Assembly: GCA_002269645.1 (NCBI GenBank)
Contig: NIVC01001087.1
Span: forward strand, 209,301-273,300
Origin: Macrostomum lignano
Taxonomy: Eukaryota
Direction of reading: 5' to 3'
Length of the DNA stretch: 64,000 nucleotides
Position numbers and translations under genes: made by a program. Positions within the stretch are counted from its first letter, which is position 1. The number at the start of each line of letters is the position of its first letter. Positions 1 through 11,919 of the stretch are shown here, one piece after another. The notes beneath the pieces were generated by a model. It worked only from the letters and a program-made list of their open reading frames with translations. It was not told the origin of the DNA and did not search any database.

Positions 1-630
1 CATCGCCGGCATCACGACTCGAATGTTCGACAACAGAACAGCAAGGAGCAGACTGAGCCGGCGGTTGTCGCTTTGGACGAATCGCCGCAGAAATTGCCCA
101 GTCTAAAGATCACTATCAAGCGACCATTCGCTCAGCAACTACACAATGACGAGGATAAGGAAAAGGATAAACTTCCCATTGAACAGGCGCCACAGCCGCC
201 AGCCGTTCCCGTCGCAGGTGAAGGTGGCGGCCTGAAGCTGCGCTTGAATTTGAAATCGCTGGGCGTTAATCTGCAGTCTCCGCCGCCTCCTCAGCGCCCG
301 ATGCCGAGCGAGCATCTTCAACCAACGTCTCCGTCTTCTTTGTCTTCTTCAGCTTCGACTAGCTCGCCGCCTCCACCGCGTTGCTATAGCAACGATTCTG
401 TTGATCCTCATTCGTCATCGATGAAAAAACGACGTCACAATCACAGCAAGCAGCACCGACATCGACGTGAGAAAACTTCCTCCTCATCTGGGGACACTCC
501 GCCGCCGCCTTCGGCTCAGTCAACAACAGCCAGTCGGTCTGACGCAACCGCTGAGGCGTCTTCAGTGGAGCCTTCTGTAAAAATTGCCCGTTTAACATTG
601 CGTCTGCCGCTAAGACAGCCAGCCTCCTGA
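1..630 (+). CDS. 3' end (last coding exon, 5'-truncated) of an unidentified Ser/Pro-rich, basic/His-patch nuclear protein
   Basis: Frame 1 is open from base 1 to TGA at 628-630, GC-rich and followed by AT-rich sequence. Contains LKITIK, LKLRLNLK and KIARLTLRL motifs and KKRRHNHSKQHRHRREK. Family not recognised. Confidence 0.75.
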   Translation, partial: HRRHHDSNVRQQNSKEQTEPAVVALDESPQKLPSLKITIKRPFAQQLHNDEDKEKDKLPIEQAPQPPAVPVAGEGGGLKLRLNLKSLGVNLQSPPPPQRPMPSEHLQPTSPSSLSSSASTSSPPPPRCYSNDSVDPHSSSMKKRRHNHSKQHRHRREKTSSSSGDTPPPPSAQSTTASRSDATAEASSVEPSVKIARLTLRLPLRQPAS

Positions 631-984
631 ATCAATTTTTTATTATGGCACGGCATTAACTTGTAGGTTTCAGTTTTTCTGCTTTAAATTGTATGTCGCA
701 GCTGCATAGTTGAAGCTTCTAAAAAAGCTGAAAGGTATCTATTAATATTGATGGTATAATATTTTATATTAATTACCTTTAATCATTTTTGTACTTTTAA
801 TCTGTCGCTATCGCACCGCAATGCATATATGGGCGCTTGTGCATCGATATAAATTAATCTGTTTTTTCTCTCTTCTATATAGGCAGCACTCGTTCTCTGT
901 CTTTTGAATTGCTTCTTGTGTTCTGAACAAATTTGCTTTGTTATTTCTTAGCTTAATGTATCTGTAAGTTTCTTTGTTAGTCCG

Positions 985-1300
985 CTCGCTGCCCCATAAA
1001 CTGCTTTGATTGATAAGCCTCCCGCAGCCCTATAAACTGCTTTGATTGATAAGCCTCCCGCAGCCCTAAACTCCTTTGATTGATAAGCCTTTTGTAGCCC
1101 ATAAACTCCTTTGATTGATAAGCCTCCCGCTGCCCTAAACTCCTTTAATTGATAAGCCTCCCGCTGCCCTAAACTCCTTTGATTGATAAGCCTCCCGCTG
1201 CCCTAAACTCCTTTAATTGATAAGCCTCCCGCTGCCCTAAACTCCTTTAATTGATAAGCCTTCTGCAGCCCATAAACTCCTTTGATTGATAAGCCTGCAA
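985..1300. repeat. ~33-35 bp minisatellite (ccctaaactcctttgattgataagcctcccgctg), ~9 copies
   Basis: Direct tandem units visible; array starts ~20 bp after a GTAAGT at 963. Confidence 0.9.
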
Positions 1301-2819
1301 GCTGTTTTTGATAAGCGATGTTTTGTATATTTTAAGACAAACCAAAATTGAATGATCTAATAAAAATTGTAGCCTCTGCTATCTTTGTTTGATTGCCTCT
1401 TATGAAATTCGCTTATCTGTTATTTAGCCTGACAATTAATTTTTGTGGTATTTAATTGTAAATTATGCTCCTACTGCCCACCTTGCAACCGTTAATTAGA
1501 AGTTATTTGCTTATTTATTTGTCTCTTTGTCTCTTCATGTTATCGCGCCTAAAGCATTCATGCACTAAAGACACAAACCGGCGTGCAGTTAATATCTGGC
1601 CCAATAATATTTAATCGCCCGAATTTAAATGTGTTTGCTCACAAAATTTGATTTCAATTTTCAAAAAGCTCGATTGATCAGTAATTACCGACTGACTTAC
1701 CACTGTGATGCAATTTTCGTACTTTTTTATTTTGTTAAAATTGTTGCAATTTGAAAGACAACAAACCTTTCCCAAAAACTGCTAGGATATTGCAGTCAGT
1801 ATTTGGCATTCTGTTGTACACCAAACTCCCAAAGTCGAATATGAACACAATGTGTGTTTTTATTCGCTTCAGTTTGTTGCATAAAACATATTTCTATGCT
1901 CTGCTAGAAGTTGAATCAAAATTGTCTTTACTTCTTTGTTATTTAAACATCTGTCTGTTAAAACTGTCCAGTTCTGTGTATATAAATTATTTACTTGCAT
2001 TTTCTAATTTAGTTATGCCTCTATCATAATTGTGTAATCATAATAAAGTTTCCTGTCCGTCTTCTTACGTTTCTTAAATATTTAAATAAAGTTGTTTCAA
2101 CAATTTCGATCAAGCTGCAATACTTTGTGTTCTTTTACCCTACTGTTCAAGTTCGGTTCCGTACTAATTGGTTAACTTATCAGGTTGTGTTACAGGTAAG
2201 TTCTTGCGCTCATTCTGTGCAAATCAAGCATTAGCAAGAGGCAAGAAACATACCAGTATTGCTCTGTGACATTTACTCAACAAATCAGTCACTGAAATGA
2301 GCGCAAAAACTTTAAACCTGACAACAGATGACATGTGTAAACTATCAATATAATCGATTTGTTTAATAGTTTTTTCTCTCAATTTTCTACCCTATCGTTA
2401 CTGCTTCTGACACTTGGACAAGTTTATAGTTCGGTAGCATATCTATATACATTGCTACCTGTTAAATTAAAACTGTTTTTGTAAAACGATAAAATGATTT
2501 CTTATTTGATGCGAAAGAATCTCAATCTGCCTTTTTATAATTAGTTATTATTATGTACTCTGTTTGTTTGTCAGACGCTAGGGCACAAATTTGATTAGAA
2601 ACTGTTTCTAAGTTTGGATTAAAATTTGTAAAAGGAAGCCTACATACTATTAGCAAATAAATTTCCACCAAATTTATTACTAGGCACTTGTTCTGTCTGG
2701 TTCTGTTTCCTAATATATCGGCAGATATTGTGCCTGTTTATGAATATCTTCTGGGCTTGCTGTGGTATGTTCATTTTCTGTTAGAATTGTTTGACAGTTC
2801 GCCATCAACTTGCACTGCA

Positions 2820-3290
2820 TGACCCCATATAGCACCCACTGACCCCATTTAGCACCCACTGACTCCATCTAGCACCCACTGACCCCATCTAGCACCCACT
2901 GACCCCATATAGCACCCCTGACCCCCATCTAGCACCACTGACCCCATCTAGCACCCCTGACCCCATCTAGCACCCCTGACCCCCATCTAGCACCCCTGAC
3001 CCCCATCTAGCACCCCTGAACCCATCTAGCACCCCTGACCCCATCTAGCACCCCTGACCCCATCTAGCACCCCTGACCCTATCTAGCACCCCTGACCCTA
3101 TCTAGCACCCCTGACCCCCATCTAGCACCACTGACCCCATCTAGCACCCCTGACCCCATATAGCACCCCTGACCCCATATAGCACCCCTGACCCCATCTA
3201 GCACCCCTGACCCCCATCTAGCACCCCTGAACCCATCTAGCACCCCTGACCCCATCTAGCACCCCTGACCCTATCTAGCACCCCTGATCC
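2820..3290. repeat. ~20 bp minisatellite (ctgaccccatctagcaccc)
   Basis: About 23 tandem units visible. Confidence 0.95.
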
Positions 3291-4124
3291 TATTTATAGC
3301 GGCAGCTCTTATTCCAGCACCCAAATTAAGTATGTACAATGTAAGCAAGTGTTTAACAAAGAAAACTGCGGGCAAAGAGGCGGACAAAGATTGCAATTTT
3401 TCAATAATATGATTTTAGGCTGTACACCAAGCGGGCACTGAGTGCTATATACTATTATAAGTTTATTTATTAGCCATGAATGTCATTAATATTACTATTA
3501 AATTTAATAAAATTGATTTTTTCAAATCTCCGTCGTTCACCATGCATATGCAATGCTATAATTAGACAGGAAGTACATTAATAAATATTATTGTTATACA
3601 CATCAACAACACAGACAATATATGTATCTTGCTTGACTGAGTACAGTATTATGTTTTATACATTATACATATCTGTAGGAAACCAAAGAGTATCATTATT
3701 AATATACAATAACTACAGCAGTGCTGAGACTTACCCTTGCGGTAACAAGCAACGAGAGAAGCATCACAGCTGCGGATATTCAAATTATTCGTTAAATTAC
3801 GAATACATGCAAACAGAGTATTGCTGTCAGATACCAAATAAAAATCTGTCTTAGCGTGTACATCATATACTACTGTTATCAAAATCGACAAGTAGAAGCT
3901 ACACTCGGACCGAATAAAGCTTTGTTGCAACATTCAAAATACGCAATAAAGACAAAGAAAGAATAACACGAAAATTTAAACGCTTTGAAATCCATTGACT
4001 TAAGCATAATTTAAGTATTAAAACTCGAAAAGCAATTGACTACTTATTATATTATAGTTATAAATGAGCCAATGATGATTCTTGAACTGCTGAAAATCCA
4101 ACACAAATATTTTGATAAGGATCA

Positions 4125-4310
4125 ACGGGATCTAGATTAGGATAAATGGGATAATTAGGAGCACGATTGGGATAAATGGGATCAGGATTGGGATAATTGG
4201 GAACACGATTGGGATAAATAGGATCAGGATTGGGATAAATGGGAGCAGGATTGGGATAGATGGGAGCAGGATTGGGATAAATGAATGGAATCAGGATTGG
4301 GATGATGGGG
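4125..4310. repeat. 21-bp degenerate minisatellite (gggataaatgggagcaggatt) downstream of the syntaxin-6 stop
   Basis: Tandem units; explains the spurious PNPAPIY ORF at 4058..4339. Confidence 0.85.
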
Positions 4311-4442
4311 ATCCAGACTTCTAGATTCGATATCTGCATGTAGAAAGCTTTAACTTAGACCTCAGGATCTGCACTCCTAAAACAACTTTAATTAAAATGA
4401 GAAAACTGCAATTCATCAATCAGCCATCGTTACAAAACCAGT

Positions 4443-5732
4443 TCACAGTACAAACAAAAGCACAATGAGAATTATGAGCACTAGCAGTAACACGCCAATC
4501 ACAGTCCACTGTCGCTTATCGTTAGACATGTGCAGCACTCGGGCCATCTTCTTCATCGTGGTGTCCAGCTTGCTTTCAGTGGTGTCCATCTCTCGCCCGA
4601 ATTCGTCCAATATCACTGCCTGCTCTTCCAGTTCGCTGTTCATGCGGTGCGAGATGTCTTTGAGTGCGCCGATGCCACCGCTGAGTCTAAGGTTTGGTGG
4701 TGAGGGGGATAAGGCGCCTTATTTTACATGCCAGATTGATTGACAGCTCGGCAACACTTCGATTGAATCCATGGCGGATGGTGGTCCAGCAACTGAGGAT
4801 CTGGGAGGCTGGCCCAGCAACTGGGGATCTGGGAGGCTGGCCCAGCAACTGGGGATCTGGGAGACTGGCCCAGCAACTGGGGATCTGGGAGGCTGGCCCA
4901 GCAACTGGAGATCTGGGAGGCTGGCCCAGCAACTGGGGATCTGGGAGGCTGGCCCAGCAACAGAGGATCTGGGAGTCTGGCCCAGCAACTGGGGATCTGG
5001 GAGGCTGGCCCAGCAACTGGGGATCTGGGAGGCTGGCCCAGCAACTGAGGATATGGGAGGCTGGCCCAGCAACTGAGGATCCGAAAGGGTGGGAGCTGAG
5101 CTTTAGAATGCGATGTCTGGTGCGGCAAAAACAATTATGTCTCACCTATCCAAAGTCTCATCCTGTTGCCTTAGCAGCAGCTGCTGAGCAGCCTGAGTCT
5201 CCTCTGCATAGTTTGGCAGGGCCTGCCTGCTAGAAGAGGCGCCACCACTGCCGCCGCCAGCTGCCCCCGGCTGCCGGACGGAGGTAGCAGTGGCCGGGGG
5301 AGTCACGGCTACCGGAGTGTTCGGCTCCAGCCGTTCGATCTTGGCCTTCATCTCTTGAGCTCGTTGACGAGTTTCGCTGACGAATCCGCGACGAGCGGCC
5401 ACTTCGGATTCGTCCAGACGGAATTTCCTCGGATTTCGTTCAACAATACCGATGGTCTCTTCGAGATCGTCCAGATCCCATTCGATGTTGCGTAGGGAGT
5501 TCTGCAACTCGCCAAGGCAATAGTCTAGCTCCTGCCTGCCCACAGGGTTGGAGGCCAGGGTTTTGTACTGGCTCATCAGGATGCTCCACCGATCGAAAAG
5601 TTTCCTGGCCGACTCGACGTTGCGTTCAACATCCGATTTAACGGCAAAGAATGGGTCCTCGATTGAACCGCCGCCGCCGCCTCCGCCAACAAGAGGCTGC
5701 TGCTGATTGGCTGCGGCTGCCGATGACGTCAT
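4443..5732 (-). CDS. STX6: Syntaxin-6 (Qc-SNARE), 2 coding exons, ~276 aa
   Basis: Exons 5732-5146 and 4686-4443 join in phase (ag|a = Arg; GTGAG donor, TTAG acceptor). N-terminal EDPFFAVKSDV...IEWDLDDLEETIGIVERNPRKF, SNARE motif QDETLDRLSGGIGALKDISHRMNSELEEQAVILDEF, C-terminal TM helix. Confidence 0.95.
4786..5081. repeat. 28-bp minisatellite family, locus A (ctgggaggctggcccagcaactgaggat), ~10 units, in the STX6 intron
   Basis: Tandem units; same unit as 21907-23068, 27706-27937 and 48930-49575. Confidence 0.95.
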
Positions 5733-5824
5733 TGCGTTGTTTTACATGAAAAAATCGATATAAAATTAGTTTGCTAAAAATGAATCTGTGGGAACTAGAA
5801 ATCTATATGTATGTGTGTGCTTCC

Positions 5825-6055
5825 ATAAAATAAAAAATGGATTACACCCGCCTTAATGGGCAGATGTGAAACCGACAGGTTGTTCAGTCCAAGGACTGGG
5901 GGGTCGCCACACAAGCCTCAATTACCCCAGCTGATGCTGCCACCCATTTTGCAGCTGGATGAACTGAAGCAATGCAGATAAGTGCCTTCTCAAGGAATCG
6001 AACCCTCGACCTTCAAGTCGTGAGTCTGACGCTCTAACCACTAGGCTACAACCCC
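5825..6055 (-). mobile_element. tRNA-derived SINE (family 1) with a CORE/Meta-like central segment
   Basis: Minus strand reads ggggttgtagcctagtggttagagcg (A box), ggttcgattcc (B box), then ttgagaaggcacttatctgcattgcttcagttcatccagctgcaaaatgggt, resembling conserved SINE central domains. No 3' acceptor-stem half, so not a tRNA gene. Confidence 0.7.
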
Positions 6056-8599
6056 CTTCCATTGTGCTTCAATACATAGCCATTTAAGAATTATTAACTA
6101 CAGGTCGACTGTTTGGAAAAAAACATTTCGCAGAAAAGTTCACAAGCCTAAAAAACTCACAAACCTAAGGTAATTTAAGGAACTCAATGAGTAGCGGAAC
6201 TTTACAGAAAATAATAATCCATGCCTGGTATAGTAAGGCTAATTCACACAAATTTCAATCTTGAAGGAAGAAATCGATTTCTAAATCCTGTTTGAAACTT
6301 TCTCTGCTTCCTCTCGGTTTGGGGGGGGGCTGGTCTTAAGAGATTAGAAAAGTTAATTTTCAGCCTCAAGGCAAGACAAGAATGGCTTTGCTGGCTTTTT
6401 CTATCCATCGCGCATGGAGTTCTAAATAAGTAGATCTAGACTATACTAGCGACTAGCGACTTTCCTCTCTGCAGATACCATCAGATCTCAGAACGGCATC
6501 GCAGAAGCAGAGCAAGCTGATCAGAGTGTCAGATCGGAAGCAAAAACACAGACAGATCTGTGAATGCAACAGCATCTTTACAGCTGTAAGCTTAGTCTGC
6601 TGGCTATGTAATTGCACCGGGAAACATGGGTGGCTTGTAGTAGACCTTTAAGCAAGAAAAAATTAGTGATAAGGAGGTATCAATATATGAGCATATTTGA
6701 GCATTAGCTATACAAAAAGCATTGCTTCGGAACACGCGAGAGTTCTATAGCTTGATTGATTGATCGATCGCTTTACTCATAAAATTAAAATGAGAAACTG
6801 GTCCTTATAACTCGAAAAAAACATCTAAAGTACATCGAAAATTTGGTTGAGGAAAAGCATAGAGAAGTTGACTATATATAGGCAAGTATATCTAGGGAAT
6901 ATTTTACCAGTTTAATGCACATCGAAACAAGGTTAAAATACAAGCTTGTCAGGATGTCTATGGCCAAAAGGCTTATGCATAGCAAAATGAGAGTTTCTTT
7001 CTAGTGAATTCAGTTACACATATTTTGGTCATTTCATTCAAAAGTTGTGTGAAAAAACCATTGCAATGCCACTGATAGTCTGTCTTATAGTAAAAGGTGA
7101 AATATATAGCTTAGTCAGTTTTTATAGATCTTGTTTGCAGCACGCAAGTATATGAGCATACACAAAACACCTCTAATGCACAATGAACATTATTTTACTG
7201 TCCACCCCCTTCTGTGTTGAGTTTTTTTATATACTCTGTCACTTGGCAACAAATCTTGACAGTTTTGCACATTGCAAAATTTTGCTTAGTCAAGTGTCAA
7301 GGGTACAAAGACTTGGCTGATTGAATACTCAATATTCTAAAGGATGACAAATGTTTCATAGTTCCAAAGATGGCTAACAGGTGCAGATTCCAAGGTCTAT
7401 GATCCACAATTGCCTGGCAAGCATGAACCTTGTGAAGCTGAGCACTTGCTGAGTCCCAAGGTTTGGCACACTTTCTCCCATGGTCTTTCAACCTGTAGTA
7501 AGTATGTTGCTACAGATGGATACTATGTTGAGAAAGCTGCATTGAAGGTTGATGATGATGATGAATGACTATAATTTGTTTCTTTGAGGACAAAACATTG
7601 CTTTTTATATTTTTAAACTTTTATTGTAAGATTATCAGTGGTATTATGATGGTTTTTCACATATCTTTTGAATGCAATGGCCATAATACATGCAAATAAA
7701 TTCATTGGAAAGAAGATATATACTACTTTAAAATTGTACCCCTTATAATTATCTATATTGTATGCTTTCTTTTTTAACATAGGACTATTTAATCTTGAGA
7801 GATATCAAAATAAAGATTGAACATACTAAGATGCTCAAACAAGCAACTAGAAAGTACTATAATAAAGTAAAGAAAATGTCCCAAGCATATAAAGGTGCCA
7901 AGTGCCAAACTGATATCAAAAGTACAAAGGAAAGAAATAATAATAACAATATAATAATTTTTTACCAAACTTTTTTATTTTCTTAATAAAAGCAACATTC
8001 ATTTTGTTAAACTTGTAGGCTTTTTTAATTTTGAAAAATCTATTTAGTTCTATTACATTTGCTATATATCTATGCATACAAGGTTACACTTAGAATGTGT
8101 GCTAAGAAGACTTGGTTAGGTAACAATGATAGCCACCAACTATGCTATATATATGATATAGTTTTGATCAAAACTATGAAATACAAAAAATCTATTTTAG
8201 CATTGATTAGTAATTAATTGATTTCTTAGACAACATGCAATCATGTTTTGATTTCTTGAGAAATTGAGAAAAAAATTAAATAAAACAAAGGATTTAAAAA
8301 AATGTCTGCCTAACAAAAGGAAAATCAATTATTTTCATTTTTGATTGCAAGTCAATTATTATTAAATTAATGCTTACTTTCTATTTTTGTTTCTAATTCT
8401 AATTTATAATTGAGACATAGAAAAGCAAACTAAGGCAACAAAATGCTGGGCAACAGAAAGCATAGGCATTGAAAAGCATAGATACTGATTACTGATTATT
8501 GATATTGATTAGTGTCAAAATTTAGCCAGTACACAGACAATAAATAAAAACTAAAAAGCCTATGATGCAATCTATTTTAGAATCAGAATTCAATTAGTC

Positions 8600-9045
8600 A
8601 GTTTTTTCTCTAGCATTCTTACAATGCATTTCAAGTTGAAAGAGCTGCTTGACCTTTGCAAAAAAGCATGTTTTTTGAATATTTAATCCCTTGAGCATTG
8701 AGCAATTTCTTAGCCACATTGCACATGTACTGTCACGGAAAATTTTCTGATTGAACAGTGCAAGTTTGAAGAAAGTTGGTTGAGCCATTTTTGCTAAAAT
8801 TGATCGCATACCTAGATAGATAGATAGATACCTACCAATAGACCATTTTTAGTATATAGATTTTAAATCTTTTGGCAAAAACGCGATCAAAATTGGTGAA
8901 GAATTGCAATCTCTAGAGCATTATGACATTCAAGCATACAAACCTTAGAGATTTAGTATATTTAGATAGTGAAGAATTGCTTGCTCTAGAGCATTATGGA
9001 CAAGCATACAAACAAACAAACCTTAGAGATGTAGTATATTTAGAT
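8600..9045 (-). mobile_element. Possible non-autonomous Helitron/HINE-like fragment with an internal ~70-bp direct duplication
   Basis: Minus strand starts atctaaatatact...tttgtttgtttgtatg, like Helitron 5' ends with a microsatellite. Segments 8903-8967 and 8969-9044 are near duplicates. 3' end not identified. Confidence 0.35.
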
Positions 9046-10473
9046 TATAGAATATAATTCTATAGCCTAATTAACTAAATTTATATTTGGTTTAAGTTAA
9101 TTAGGTTAACCATAAACAAATTTTAAGCTAAAACTTTAAGCTAAAACAAGAAATTGTTAGGGCCTAGCCGAAGATTATATAAGCACCAAATATTAATTTA
9201 AACCATTTAATAAGAGCATTCAAAGATATTTTATAGGCCTATATGGGATAAAGGTCATTATACTAGGTCTAATAAGGCACTTCAATGATAATTAGTTGTT
9301 TTAATAACAAGTTACATCTATGATAAACATAGTTTGCCTTTGGTAAAAAAGGAAACAAATTTTTGGTTAGAGGTCATTTTAGTAATATTATACAATATTA
9401 TAGGCCTAATATTATAGTATATACAATGATAAATGCACAACATAATACTTAGATTAAAAGTCAAAGTTCATGAATTATGATCAGAATTAGATTTACTTTT
9501 TATTTATTGTATTGTATGTGATATCCAACTAGCAAACTAAAACTATACTAAGTCGTTTAATGACTAGAGTGAGTCATAAAATTATAACAGCTAAAAGCTC
9601 AATTTATTTCTTGCATGGACAACACTAAAGATAGCCAAGATAGGCGTAATAATATGCAAAACATAGCATAAACATAACATAACAAAACGACCGAGTGTCA
9701 TCCGTTGATATGTTTGTCGAGCTCATCACAGTCAGTAGCGGTATTACATGCAGATCTCAAGCCTGTGAGACACACGGAACAACTTGGACAAGACAAGAAT
9801 CAGAATGATGTTGAATAACGTTATAAAATCTCGAAATTTCTCGAAAAATCACAATGCATTAGTAAGTCAAATGGCGAGGTGCAACAATACAAGGTTTTAA
9901 ACAAACTGTTATTTAAAAATAAAGGTCTGTATGTCGCTATAACTTTCGTAAAGCAATGTTAGGTCTAAATTTATACTAATGCAATAAGTTCCTCGAAAGT
10001 GAAAAACCGTTGACATATAAAACTAAAAAACAAACTATTTAACTTTATCATATGCACGGCATTTTTTACTTTTGAACAAGCAGCATGTTTAACGCTAGAT
10101 TGATTATTATAAATCTACCTGAGGCGAGGGCCGCAGTCGCATCGAGATCATTGCTTTTCTCAGAAATATTTTTTTAATTTCTATGCTTACCACCGCTATT
10201 TTTTGCTATTCTATGAAGTTTTTAACCTTTCATCCAGAATTCAAACGACACCCCACTCAATAAATTGATTGATGCTGCAAGATTTGCATTCACACCTAGC
10301 TTAGCTAGATTGAAAATTCATACCCCTCTCTACAATTTTCCATGAAACAGCTTAGTGAAAGTAAATTGATTTAGTATTATTATTATTTACCTACTCCTTT
10401 CAATTGATAGGCAGATAGTTATGCCTAGGCCTACGCCTATGGACTATGGTCACTGGTGTTCTGTGTAACTGTG

Positions 10474-10656
10474 CAGTAGTGCAACCAGAAATTTTTTGAG
10501 GGGGGGATTCTTGAGGGTAAAGACCCGGGAGGGGGCGGAGGGGTGGCTCTGTTTTTGGCAAAAATTCGATTGTTTCCCCCTTTGATTTTTTCAGTCTCTG
10601 CCTAAGGGGGTGGCAACCACATGGCACACCCCACCCCCCGCCTGGTTGCGCCACTG
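10474..10656. mobile_element. hAT-type MITE (~183 bp)
   Basis: TIRs CAGTAGTGCAACCAG / CTGGTTGCGCCACTG (13/15 match). 8-bp flanks TAACTGTG / TTACTGTG (7/8) as candidate TSD. CAG termini with an 8-bp TSD fit hAT. Confidence 0.7.
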
Positions 10657-11919
10657 TTACTGTGTTAGGTGGTAGGCGGCATAGGCCTAGGCCTAACCTA
10701 AGAAAGAATGAGTTGAATACCAATCAATGGCTAGGGCTAGGGCCTAGGCCTATGCTACAAAGTACAAGTACCAAAAATTGTCTAGCAAAGTTTGCTACAT
10801 GCTACTTGCTAGCCATATAGGCCTAACCCTTTTATATAATAATAATAATATATTAATAATTCCAGAGTCCTATAGAGTATAGAGTAGGTTATAGAATGTA
10901 TTGCCAATAATCGGCAATATTATATTTTGTCTAGAGCTGCTATTGAGTTTTTAAGAATTCAATTGAAAATTATATTTAAGATGGTTGTAATATTTTAATA
11001 AGTTATAAAGTTATAATATTTCATTTAGTTAGACTGTCAATAAGTGTCAAATAGATTCTAGATGTTTAGAACCCCCTATATGGCTAGGCCTACAGCTAGG
11101 CCTAGTGCCTAGTAAAATGTAGAATCTGCAATGGGATCAAAATGGAATACTACAGTAAAATTCTAAATCCATAATGAAATGATAAATTATAAAATAAACT
11201 ACAGATCATACTAACTTTAAATAAAATGCAAATGCAAGGCACTATGAACTATAAATGTTATTTATAATAATAAAACTTTGAAAAATTAGACCAAACTGCT
11301 AGAGAAAATTAGGATTATATTTTCAATACCTATCTGCTATCACTTATAATATTCATGAGAGAACTTAAATTTACTACTTTGAGTTTGCCTTAATGCTTTA
11401 TAAAGCTAGTTTTTAGTACAGTTTGCCTTATAGAATCATATTTTAAAATTCTTTATATATTGTTTTATATCTTTATTTCTTTATATATCTTAGCTATTTA
11501 GAATTGATGTATATATTAATATCAATTCAAAAAAATTATAATTTTTTAATTCCCATACTTCTAGCTTTGCTTCAATTCTAAAGACTTGCTTCAATCTACA
11601 AGTCTTTTTGCAATTTATCATTTTGTAGCAGATTCCACATTTTATTGTGCTATTCTATTCCATTTTTACATTTTACTGGTATCAATATAGCTAAGCCTAT
11701 AATAATTTATCTATAGTTTTTATATTTTGTATATATTACATTTTTTCTTCAATTTTTGGCTTATAAAATTGTTGGAATAAAAATTTATTACTTAGTTTTG
11801 CTGCTATCCTGGTTAGTCAATCATTATTCTCTTTCAATTAGATGTCCATACATATAAAATTGCTAACTTTTCTTTATTACATTTAAGTTATCTTTTTCAG
11901 AAGCAACAATCCAAATAAA

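Noticed and set aside
4687-5233. Overlapping ORFs of CWASLPDPQLLGQPP / WEAGPAT type (also 21938-23115, 27556-28007, 48871-49569)
   Set aside because: All are translations of the 28-bp minisatellite, which lacks stops in several frames and lies in introns or UTRs.
5990-6055. tRNA gene (also 44130-44203 and 59998-60065)
   Set aside because: A and B boxes are present, but the anticodon stem is imperfect, the 3' acceptor strand is missing and SINE-like bodies follow.
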